From the NCBI GenBank assembly GCA_036336835.1, contig JAYZFK010000094.1, positions 1 through 64,000 of the forward strand: a DNA stretch of 64,000 nucleotides. Reading direction: 5' to 3'. The stretch comes from Myxococcota bacterium (GTDB lineage Bacteria; Myxococcota_A; UBA9160; UBA4427). The position numbers and the translations under genes were made by a program. Each line of letters opens with the position of its first letter. The stretch's first letter is position 1. Below, piece by piece: positions 37,772-45,287 of this stretch. The notes under the pieces were generated by a model. The model was not told the origin of the DNA, did not search any database, and was given only the letters and a program-made list of their open reading frames with translations.

Positions 37772-38722
37772 GTGAAAGGCCGCTCCCACGCCGTCACATC
37801 CCTTCTGGCAGCGCTCGCCTTGCTGCTGGCGGCGCCTGCGGCAGGCGTACTGATCGCATCGGGCGACGGGACTGGCAATACCCGCTCGCCCCGCCCGGAC
37901 CTTCCGTGGCAGCACGTCGGGCGCCGTGGCGAGTTCAGCGCCATCTACCTCGGCCATCGCTGGGCGCTGACGGCTGCGCACGTCGGCGCATGGGGCGTCG
38001 AGTTCGCCGGACGCGACTACGCGCCGATCGATCGCTCGGTCACGACGGTCGTCAATCGCGATGGCTCGCCAAGCGACCTGATCGCCTTCCGGATCGACGC
38101 CCGCACAGCCGGAACGAGCGCAGCCCCCCCGCTGCCGCTGCTGCCGATCGCGCGCACGCGCCCGGCGCCCGGGCGCGCGCTCATCCTGGTCGGCAACGGC
38201 TATGACCGCGGCGAAGCAATCGGCTGGATCGGGGCCACCGGCGATACGCACCGGGGCTGGCGCCCCGCCTCCTCCCGCCGCCTGCGCTGGGGGACCAACC
38301 GCCTCGATGCCGCGCCCGACGAGATCACCTTTCGCGGCATCACGACCCGAGTGCTTGCAATGACGTTCACACCGCCGCGTGCGCCGGACGCGACGCCCTA
38401 CGAAGCCCAGGCCGTCAAGGGCGACTCCGGCGGTGCCGTGTTCGTGCGTGAGCAAGGCCGCTTCGTCCTGGCGGGAATCATCATCGTACGCTCGGAGCAC
38501 GCGGGACAGCCGGAGGGCGCCGCCCTGTTCGGCAATCGGACCTACGCGGTCGACCTGAGCGCCTACCGCGACCAGCTGGTCGCCCTCACGCGGCCCGACT
38601 GCGCCGACGAACGGGACAACGACGACGACGGGGCCGTCGACTTCCCTGACGATCCGAGCTGCATCCGTCCCGGCAGCAACTCGGAACAGGGACGAGCTCG
38701 CGGCCCCGGGCCGTTGCCCTAG
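37772..38722 (+). CDS. Secreted trypsin-like serine protease with C-terminal Cys/Asp-rich motif
   Basis: Signal peptide, LTAAHV, SDLIAF, GDSGG; tail DCADERDNDDDGAVDFPDDPSC. Confidence 0.8.
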   Translation: MKGRSHAVTSLLAALALLLAAPAAGVLIASGDGTGNTRSPRPDLPWQHVGRRGEFSAIYLGHRWALTAAHVGAWGVEFAGRDYAPIDRSVTTVVNRDGSPSDLIAFRIDARTAGTSAAPPLPLLPIARTRPAPGRALILVGNGYDRGEAIGWIGATGDTHRGWRPASSRRLRWGTNRLDAAPDEITFRGITTRVLAMTFTPPRAPDATPYEAQAVKGDSGGAVFVREQGRFVLAGIIIVRSEHAGQPEGAALFGNRTYAVDLSAYRDQLVALTRPDCADERDNDDDGAVDFPDDPSCIRPGSNSEQGRARGPGPLP

Positions 38723-38775
38723 CGCTGCCCGGGAAGACGCCGCTGGGCGATCGGAACGGGTCGTTCCGCAGGCCG

Positions 38776-39774
38776 CTAGGCCTCGCCGCGGGGCGAGTAG
38801 CCGGCAGCGCGGTAGATCGCGTCGACCACGCGCATGTTGGCAACACCGTCCGGGCCATCCGTTGGCACCGGCTGAGCCTCGCGCACGGCCGCCAGGAATG
38901 CCCGTAGCTGGTGTGTGTAGCTGGGCTCACCGGCGACCTTCTCGACCCGACGTCCGGCGCGCGTGCTCAGCCGCAGGCGGTGGAACAGGTGAGGCATCAC
39001 GGGATTGAGCACGCGCAGCTCCCCGTCCTCGCCCTCGATCCGTACCGCGAGCTCGAGCAGGCGAGCCGACCACATCGAGCAGCGCACGTGTCCGGTGACG
39101 CCGTCGGGGAAGCGCAGCTCGGCCTGCATGAAGCGATCGACACCGGGCGACATCGCCTTCATGGACGCCGACAGCACCTCGGGCTCTTGACCCGAGAGGT
39201 GGCGTACCAGGCTCACCACATAGCAGCCGCAATCCATCGTGGCGCCACCGGCCAGCGCGAGTTGAAAACGGATGTCTCGCGGCCACGGCAGCGGGAAGCA
39301 CATCCCCGCCTGGATTCGCGTCACGCGACCGATTTCCCCGCTGTGCACGATTTCGAGGATGCGCTCGGCCAGCGGGTGGTAACGCCAGTGAAAGGCCTCG
39401 ACCAGCACACGATCGTTCGCGGCTGCCGCGTCGGCCATCCGACGCGCCTCACGCTCATTGGCAGCGAGCGGCTTCTCGCACAGCACGTGCTTGCCGGCGT
39501 CGAGAGCACGCACCGTCCACTCGCAGTGCAGGCCGTTTGGCAGCGGGTTGTAGAGGGCATCGATCTCCGGATCCTCGACCAACGCCCGGTAGCTGCGATG
39601 CACGCGCTCGATGCCGTGCTTGTCGGCAAATCGCTGCGCACGCGCGACGTCGCGTGCGGCCACGGCCGCGATGCGCACTCCCTCCACCTTCCGTGCGGGT
39701 CGGATCAGCGCTGTTGGCGTGATCCGGGCCGCCCCGAGAGTGCCGACTCGCAGCGTGTCCGTGCCCGTGCTCAT
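38776..39774 (-). CDS. Gfo/Idh/MocA family oxidoreductase
   Basis: GTLGAARI, YNPLPNGLH, GKHVLCEKPLA, EAFHWRYHP, GGATMDCGCY. Confidence 0.92.
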   Translation of the reverse strand: MSTGTDTLRVGTLGAARITPTALIRPARKVEGVRIAAVAARDVARAQRFADKHGIERVHRSYRALVEDPEIDALYNPLPNGLHCEWTVRALDAGKHVLCEKPLAANEREARRMADAAAANDRVLVEAFHWRYHPLAERILEIVHSGEIGRVTRIQAGMCFPLPWPRDIRFQLALAGGATMDCGCYVVSLVRHLSGQEPEVLSASMKAMSPGVDRFMQAELRFPDGVTGHVRCSMWSARLLELAVRIEGEDGELRVLNPVMPHLFHRLRLSTRAGRRVEKVAGEPSYTHQLRAFLAAVREAQPVPTDGPDGVANMRVVDAIYRAAGYSPRGEA

Positions 39775-41429
39775 CACTCGCCCGCGAGCTGCTCGACAAC
39801 GAACGCCGCAGCGCGCCGGTAGTCGGCCTTGCCGTTTGCACCGCGAAACATCGCGTCTGCGACCGCGAACACACGCTTGGGCGTCTTGTACCCCGCCAGG
39901 TGAACACGAACGTGCGCGCGGAGTTCGTCCTCGTCGAACTCTCCCCGGCGAAGCTCGACGACCGCGGTGACGGCCTGGCCCCACTTCGGATCCGGAATGC
40001 CGACGACGAGCGCGTCGGCCACGTTCGGATGGAGCTTGAGCGCCTCCTCGACCTCCTCGGAGTGCACCTTCTCTCCGGCCGTGTTGATGGTGGCACTGCC
40101 GCGGCCGAGCAGCGTGAGGGTGCCGTCCGCCTCGACCTTGCACCAGTCGCCCGGGATCGAATAGCGCACGCCGTCGATCACGGGAAAGGTCTTTGCGGTC
40201 TTCTCGGGGTCCTTGTAGTAGCCGAGCGGAATCGAGCCGCAGCGTGCGATGAAGCCGCGCTCCCCGCTGCCCGGCATCACCTCCCGGTGATCCTCCGAGA
40301 AGACCTTGCAGTGCGCGCCGACGCGAAACGTCCCCGTCGCCCCCTCGACCCGATGCTTGTGACGCGTCACCGAGGTTCCGAAGCCAACCGCCTCGGACGA
40401 GCCGAACAGATCGGCGAGCGCGGCGCCAGGCAGATGCCGCAACAGCCCTTCCTTGACCTCGCCACTCCACATCACTCCCGACGACAGGACCACCTTGAGA
40501 CTCGACAGGTCCCAGCGATCGGGCTCTGCATCCAGCACCTCGAGCATCGGCCGAGCGAAGGCGTCGCCGACGATCACCAGGGACTGCGCGCGATGTCGCT
40601 CGGCTTCGTCGAACAATGCTGCTGGATCGAAACGCGTGCCGGACAGCGTCAGGGTGGCGCCGCCGCCGAGAAGGTTTCCGATCGCGGTGAGCAGACCCGT
40701 CCCGTGCATCAGCGGGCACGCGCACAGCTGGCGCGGTCCCGGACCATGAGCGGTCACATTGGCGATGTGCTCAGCCGGTGTCGACGGTCTCCGGCCGCGG
40801 CTGGCGGGTGTGTTGGCGCCCCCGCCGAGCGCGCCCCAGATATCCTCATGACGCCACATCACCGCCTTGGGCATCCCAGTGGTGCCCCCGGTGTAGATGA
40901 ACATCAGGTCATCGGGCGAGCGTTCGACCGCGAGCTCCGCATCGGGCCGCTCGGCAACCAGTGCGGCATACGACTCCGCAATCTCTGGCACGGCACCGCC
41001 TTCCGCCCCAGAGACCTGGATCCAGCCCTTCACCCTCGGCAGCCGGCTCGCGATCCGCAGCACGCGGTCCTGGAACTCCTCGTCGAACACGACGAAGGCG
41101 GCGTCCGAGTCGTCGAGGATGTAGTGGAGCTCATCGTCGACGTAGCGATAGTTGACATTGACGTGCACGAGTCGCGCCTTGAAGCAGGCACCGAGCGTCT
41201 CGGTGTAGGCGGTGCCATTGCGCAAGTAGAGCGCCACCTTGTCGTCTGGCGCCGCGCCCCGAGCTTGTAGCGCGGCGGCCAGCGAACGCGTTCGACTCGC
41301 CAGATCTCCCCAGCTGATCTGCTCGGTTCCGTGGATCAGTGCGGGCGCATCGGCCGGCAGCCCCGCCTCCACCCCCTCGAACAAGTCCCCCAGGTTCCAG
41401 CCAGCCAAGCTCCGCCTCCGACCTCCCAC
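39774..41429 (-). CDS. Acyl-CoA synthetase (FadD19-like)
   Basis: NVNYRY, YTGGTTGMPK, PLMHGTG, FGSSE, GYYKDPEKT, GKADY. Confidence 0.92.
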   Translation of the reverse strand: MGGRRRSLAGWNLGDLFEGVEAGLPADAPALIHGTEQISWGDLASRTRSLAAALQARGAAPDDKVALYLRNGTAYTETLGACFKARLVHVNVNYRYVDDELHYILDDSDAAFVVFDEEFQDRVLRIASRLPRVKGWIQVSGAEGGAVPEIAESYAALVAERPDAELAVERSPDDLMFIYTGGTTGMPKAVMWRHEDIWGALGGGANTPASRGRRPSTPAEHIANVTAHGPGPRQLCACPLMHGTGLLTAIGNLLGGGATLTLSGTRFDPAALFDEAERHRAQSLVIVGDAFARPMLEVLDAEPDRWDLSSLKVVLSSGVMWSGEVKEGLLRHLPGAALADLFGSSEAVGFGTSVTRHKHRVEGATGTFRVGAHCKVFSEDHREVMPGSGERGFIARCGSIPLGYYKDPEKTAKTFPVIDGVRYSIPGDWCKVEADGTLTLLGRGSATINTAGEKVHSEEVEEALKLHPNVADALVVGIPDPKWGQAVTAVVELRRGEFDEDELRAHVRVHLAGYKTPKRVFAVADAMFRGANGKADYRRAAAFVVEQLAGE

Positions 41430-41485
41430 GACCTCGACCGCCCGAATTCGTCCGCGAGATTCGCCGAGCGAGTAGCATACCCGCC

Positions 41486-41905
41486 ATGGGCCGCTGGGAC
41501 TGGGTGGGACGCGTCCACCTCGCCATCTACCGCCGCAGCGATGGACGAATCGGCCACCGGCTGGCGGGCAAGCCCATACTCCTGCTCACCTCTCGCGGTC
41601 GACGAAGTGGAGTGCTTCGCACGACACCGCTGCTCTACTATCCCGACGCCGACGACTGTCCGGTGATCGTCGCCAGCAACGGCGGCCAGGGCCACGATCC
41701 GGCGTGGTGTCACAATCTGCGGGCGGATCCGCGGGCCATCATCCAGATCGGACGCGAGCACTTCGAGGCGCGCGCCGAGTTCGCCGACCCCGCTGAGCGC
41801 GGGCGCCTGTGGCCGCTGCTCGAGGCGTACAACCCGCCCTACCGCACGTACGCCCGGCGAACCGAGCGCGACATTCCGGTGATTCTGCTGCGCCGGCTGG
41901 CCTGA
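41486..41905 (+). CDS. Deazaflavin (F420)-dependent nitroreductase family (DDN)
   Basis: LLLTSRGRRSG..RTTPL, VASNGG...PAWCHNL.ADP, Y...TERDIPV. Confidence 0.88.
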   Translation: MGRWDWVGRVHLAIYRRSDGRIGHRLAGKPILLLTSRGRRSGVLRTTPLLYYPDADDCPVIVASNGGQGHDPAWCHNLRADPRAIIQIGREHFEARAEFADPAERGRLWPLLEAYNPPYRTYARRTERDIPVILLRRLA

Positions 41906-41914
41906 CGGGGCCGC

Positions 41915-42907
41915 TCACAACATCAGCGCCGCTCGTTCGATGCACCAGTAGGCGGCCAGCGAGCCGATCACGTAGGCGGGCACCCGAGCCAGCAGCGGCG
42001 GGACGAGCGCCAGTCGCTCGCCTGCCAACACAATCCCAGCGACCAGCGGGACGACGATCATCAACTGGCCCAGCTCGACACCGATGTTGAACGACAGCAA
42101 TGCCAGCGGGATGTCACCCTGGGGCAGCCCGATCTCGTTGAGCGCCCCCGCGAAACCGAATCCGTGGAGCAGTCCAAAGCCGAAGGCCATCGCCCAGGGC
42201 CAGCGCCTCAGCCAGCTCACGCCGTCGTCGCGGCGAGCCAACTCCGCTCCGAGGAGCAGGATGCTGAACGCGATCGCGAGCTCGAACAGGAGGGTCGGCA
42301 CGCGTACCCACCCGAGCGTCGCAAACGACAGCGTGACCGAGTGCCCGAGCGTAAACGACGTGACGGTCGCGACCAGCGCTCGCCAGCCCGAGACGAGCAA
42401 TACCAGCCCGATCACGAACAGCACGTGATCCAGTCCCGTCAACAGGTGCTCGACACCGAGGCCGACGTAGTCCCGCGCCACCGACATGGTGCTCTCGCGC
42501 GCCGGAACGAGGAAGACGGCCTGCCCAGCATTGACGAGGCCCCGAACCGAGCGCCCATCGGCGAGTCGCACGTGGATCAAGGCATCGGTCCGGCTGCGCT
42601 CGAGCCCGCTCACAGCCAGTGTGTGACCCACCAGACCCTGCTCGCCACAATCGACGCGCCAGCTCTCGCTGACCTGGCTGTCACCGACGGTGACCCGAGG
42701 CGCATCGAGAGCCTGGCAGTGCGGCGGAAGGACCGGACGCAGCTCGCTGCCGGTCGGCTGCAGTCGCGACAACTTCCAGCGCACTGCGACCTCGCCCGTG
42801 GGCTCGGCTTCGAGCGCCAGCAGCGCCGGAGCCAACGGATGGGAGGAGGCTCCGCCAGCAATGCAGCCGCACAAGGCGGTGATGGTAAGCGTGCGGCGGA
42901 CGCTCAC
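41915..42907 (-). CDS. HupE/UreJ family membrane protein
   Basis: LGVEHLLTGLDHVLF, FTLGHSVTL, FGLLHGFGFAG, FNIGVELGQ. Confidence 0.88.
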   Translation of the reverse strand: MSVRRTLTITALCGCIAGGASSHPLAPALLALEAEPTGEVAVRWKLSRLQPTGSELRPVLPPHCQALDAPRVTVGDSQVSESWRVDCGEQGLVGHTLAVSGLERSRTDALIHVRLADGRSVRGLVNAGQAVFLVPARESTMSVARDYVGLGVEHLLTGLDHVLFVIGLVLLVSGWRALVATVTSFTLGHSVTLSFATLGWVRVPTLLFELAIAFSILLLGAELARRDDGVSWLRRWPWAMAFGFGLLHGFGFAGALNEIGLPQGDIPLALLSFNIGVELGQLMIVVPLVAGIVLAGERLALVPPLLARVPAYVIGSLAAYWCIERAALML

Positions 42908-43890
42908 GAACGGGGATCCCCGGCTGCCGACAGGTCGACCGCATAGCGTTCGCGCAGCGTCGCCAGTCGAGCCTCGAGTACCTCGGCATTGCGGTCGGCC
43001 TGCAGCGACGATAACGCCGAGCGTCGGACCGTATCGAGCTCGGGCTCTCGCGCCGGCTGGCGCTCGTGCGGCCACACGAGATGCATGCCGTAGGCCGACT
43101 CGACCGGCCCTTGCCAGCTGCCCGGCTCGAGCGCGATCGCGCCGCGCGCGAACGTCGCCCCCAGCTGCCTGGCGAGCTGCGCCTCGCTCTGTAGGCCGAG
43201 TTCGGAGGGATGCAAGAATGGATCGCCGAGCTCGCGACCGGCCTTCGGCGACGTGCCCTCGCGTCGAACGCGCTCGAGCAGTGCTTGCGCGTCGTCCACC
43301 AGCGACCTCCCTCGGCGGTCGCGACTCAGATAGATGTGTGAGAGCCGCACGCGCTCGGGAATGCGATAGCGCTCGGGCCGACTCGCGACGTAGGCGCGCA
43401 GCTGATCGTCGCTCGGCGCCGCCCGCGGCGCGGTCGCCTCGAGCAGGAAGCGCATCTGCTGCACTAGTCGCCGGCGCACGACGATATCGCTGCGATCCAT
43501 CGCGAGCTCGAGTGCCGCGGCGTACAGCTCATCGTCGCTGCGCGGATCGTCCGGCTCGGCCAGGAAGCGCATGTTCCGGACCAGCCGCGAGCGCACCACC
43601 GGATCCACACGGTCGATCCCGATGCGGCGGGCCTCGCGGTACAGGATCTCTTCGTCTGCCCACAGCGCCGCTCTCGCAGCGAGCTCTCGCTCGCCCGGGG
43701 TCCGGCCGGTCTGAGCCACTGCTTCGCCCGCGAGCCGCTCGAGCGTCGCCCCGTCGAGCTCGATCGTGCCAAGTGGCCCCTCGTCCCGCACGAAGTCGGT
43801 ACGCACGCGATTGGCCGCGAATAGCAGCGCGCCGATCACAAGGAAGTGGAGCAGCGGACGGAGCAAGCGGCCTCCCGAAATGATGCCCAA
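42904..43890 (-). CDS. Parvulin/PpiC-type peptidyl-prolyl isomerase domain protein
   Basis: PLLHFLVIGALLF, EEILYREA, DIVVRRRLVQQM, GDPF, WQGPVESAYGMHLV. Start approximate. Confidence 0.82.
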   Translation of the reverse strand: MGIISGGRLLRPLLHFLVIGALLFAANRVRTDFVRDEGPLGTIELDGATLERLAGEAVAQTGRTPGERELAARAALWADEEILYREARRIGIDRVDPVVRSRLVRNMRFLAEPDDPRSDDELYAAALELAMDRSDIVVRRRLVQQMRFLLEATAPRAAPSDDQLRAYVASRPERYRIPERVRLSHIYLSRDRRGRSLVDDAQALLERVRREGTSPKAGRELGDPFLHPSELGLQSEAQLARQLGATFARGAIALEPGSWQGPVESAYGMHLVWPHERQPAREPELDTVRRSALSSLQADRNAEVLEARLATLRERYAVDLSAAGDPRS

Positions 43891-43973
43891 CTCCGGAGCG
43901 ATGAGTCGGTGGCCGCATTCTGAGGCAGCCTGCGCGCTGCGTCGAGGGCCCGTGCCGCCGGTATACTCCCGGC

Positions 43974-44513
43974 ATGCCCTACCACCACCTCGCGCTCGCG
44001 GTACACGACATGACCGCGATCGACTGCTTCTACCGCGAGGCGATGGGCTTCTCGCTCGAGCGCGTAGTAATCGCCAAGACGCCCGAAGGCGGCTGGGCCA
44101 AGCACTTCTTCTACGACGCAGGAGATGGAGAGCTGCTGGCATTCTGGGAGCTTCACGACGAGCAGATCGGCGATGACTTCGAGACCGGGCTCGCGGAAGC
44201 CGCCGGGCTCCCTCCCTGGGTCAACCACGTGGCCTTCAAGGCGAACACGATCGAGGAGCTCGAGCAGCGCTCCGAGCACTGGCTCGACTGCGGATACGAT
44301 GTGCTCGACATCGACCACGGCTGGTGCCATTCGATCTACACCACCGACCCGAACCGCACGCTCGTCGAGTGGTGCTGCACCACGGCTGAGCCCAGCGAAA
44401 CCGACCGGGCGCGCGCCCGGGAGGCGCTGGTCCGCGACGACCTGCCCTTCGACGAGGGACAGGCGCCCGTTCGCGTGCGCGAGTCGCCGAACGTGGCGCT
44501 CCACCGCCGCTGA
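43974..44513 (+). CDS. VOC (glyoxalase-like) family protein
   Basis: HHLAL, NHVAF, SIYTTDPN...VE; TATACT 6 nt upstream. Confidence 0.88.
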   Translation: MPYHHLALAVHDMTAIDCFYREAMGFSLERVVIAKTPEGGWAKHFFYDAGDGELLAFWELHDEQIGDDFETGLAEAAGLPPWVNHVAFKANTIEELEQRSEHWLDCGYDVLDIDHGWCHSIYTTDPNRTLVEWCCTTAEPSETDRARAREALVRDDLPFDEGQAPVRVRESPNVALHRR

Positions 44514-44589
44514 GCGATGCGGCGACCCGACTCTCGCCCCCTGCACCCCACGAAGAGCAGCATCGCGAGCAAGCGGGTGTCCAATGGCG

Positions 44590-45210
44590 TTAGCTGGGCG
44601 GGGATTCTCCGAGCTCGCGCCGGGCCAGACGGTAGAGGGTCAACAGCCCGTTCAGGTCCGCTCGCGGGTCGAGCGCGACGAGTGAATCGAGAGCGCGCCC
44701 CTGGATCGCGGCCACCACGAGGTCGACGAAGGGGTCGAAGTCCGGATTGGTCTCGGCCGCCCCCGAAAACAGCGAGCGGGCTTCGAGACGCAGTGCGCTG
44801 CGCTGCGCGGCCGCAACCGGTTCGAGCGCCGCAGCGAGGTCGCGATCCGTGCGCGCCGCCACATACAGCTCCAGAGCCGCCAGCAGACGAGGCTCGCGAA
44901 AAGTGCGGTCGAGCAGGCGGAGGGCTCCCGCGATCGGGTCGTCCTCCCCCGCCGCCGTGTCGAAGGCGCGCCGGAGGTCGACGAGCAGCTCGGCGAACAG
45001 ATGATCGACCGTCGCCACCAGCAGGGCAGCCTTGGTCGGGAAGTGCTTGAACAGCGCGCCCTGGGAGACGCCAGCCGCCTGGCAGACGCCCGCGGTCGTG
45101 GTCGAGGCATAGCCGTGCTCGACCAGACAGCTGACGGCCGCATCGAGCAGACGCCGCCGCGTGGCGATGCTGCGAGCCTGGCGCGGTCGAATCCCGGGTA
45201 CGGTCGCCAT
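44590..45210 (-). CDS. TetR/AcrR family transcriptional regulator
   Basis: TRRRLLDAA...GYASTT...AGVSQGALFKHFPTK. Confidence 0.92.
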   Translation of the reverse strand: MATVPGIRPRQARSIATRRRLLDAAVSCLVEHGYASTTTAGVCQAAGVSQGALFKHFPTKAALLVATVDHLFAELLVDLRRAFDTAAGEDDPIAGALRLLDRTFREPRLLAALELYVAARTDRDLAAALEPVAAAQRSALRLEARSLFSGAAETNPDFDPFVDLVVAAIQGRALDSLVALDPRADLNGLLTLYRLARRELGESPPS

Positions 45211-45228
45211 CGGTTGGAGCAGCGTAGC

Positions 45229-45287
45229 AAAAGAAAGCAAGTAGTCGCTTTTTACTGGTAGAAAAAAGCGTGTTCTCGCTTTCTTTT
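45229..45287. promoter_or_regulatory. Pair of inverted 25-bp operator-like sites, each containing AAAGC-N8-GCTTT
   Basis: 45229-45253 AAAAGAAAGCAAGTAGTCGCTTTTT versus reverse complement of 45263-45287 AAAAGAAAGCGAGAACACGCTTTTT (21/25 identical); directly upstream of tetR. Confidence 0.7.
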
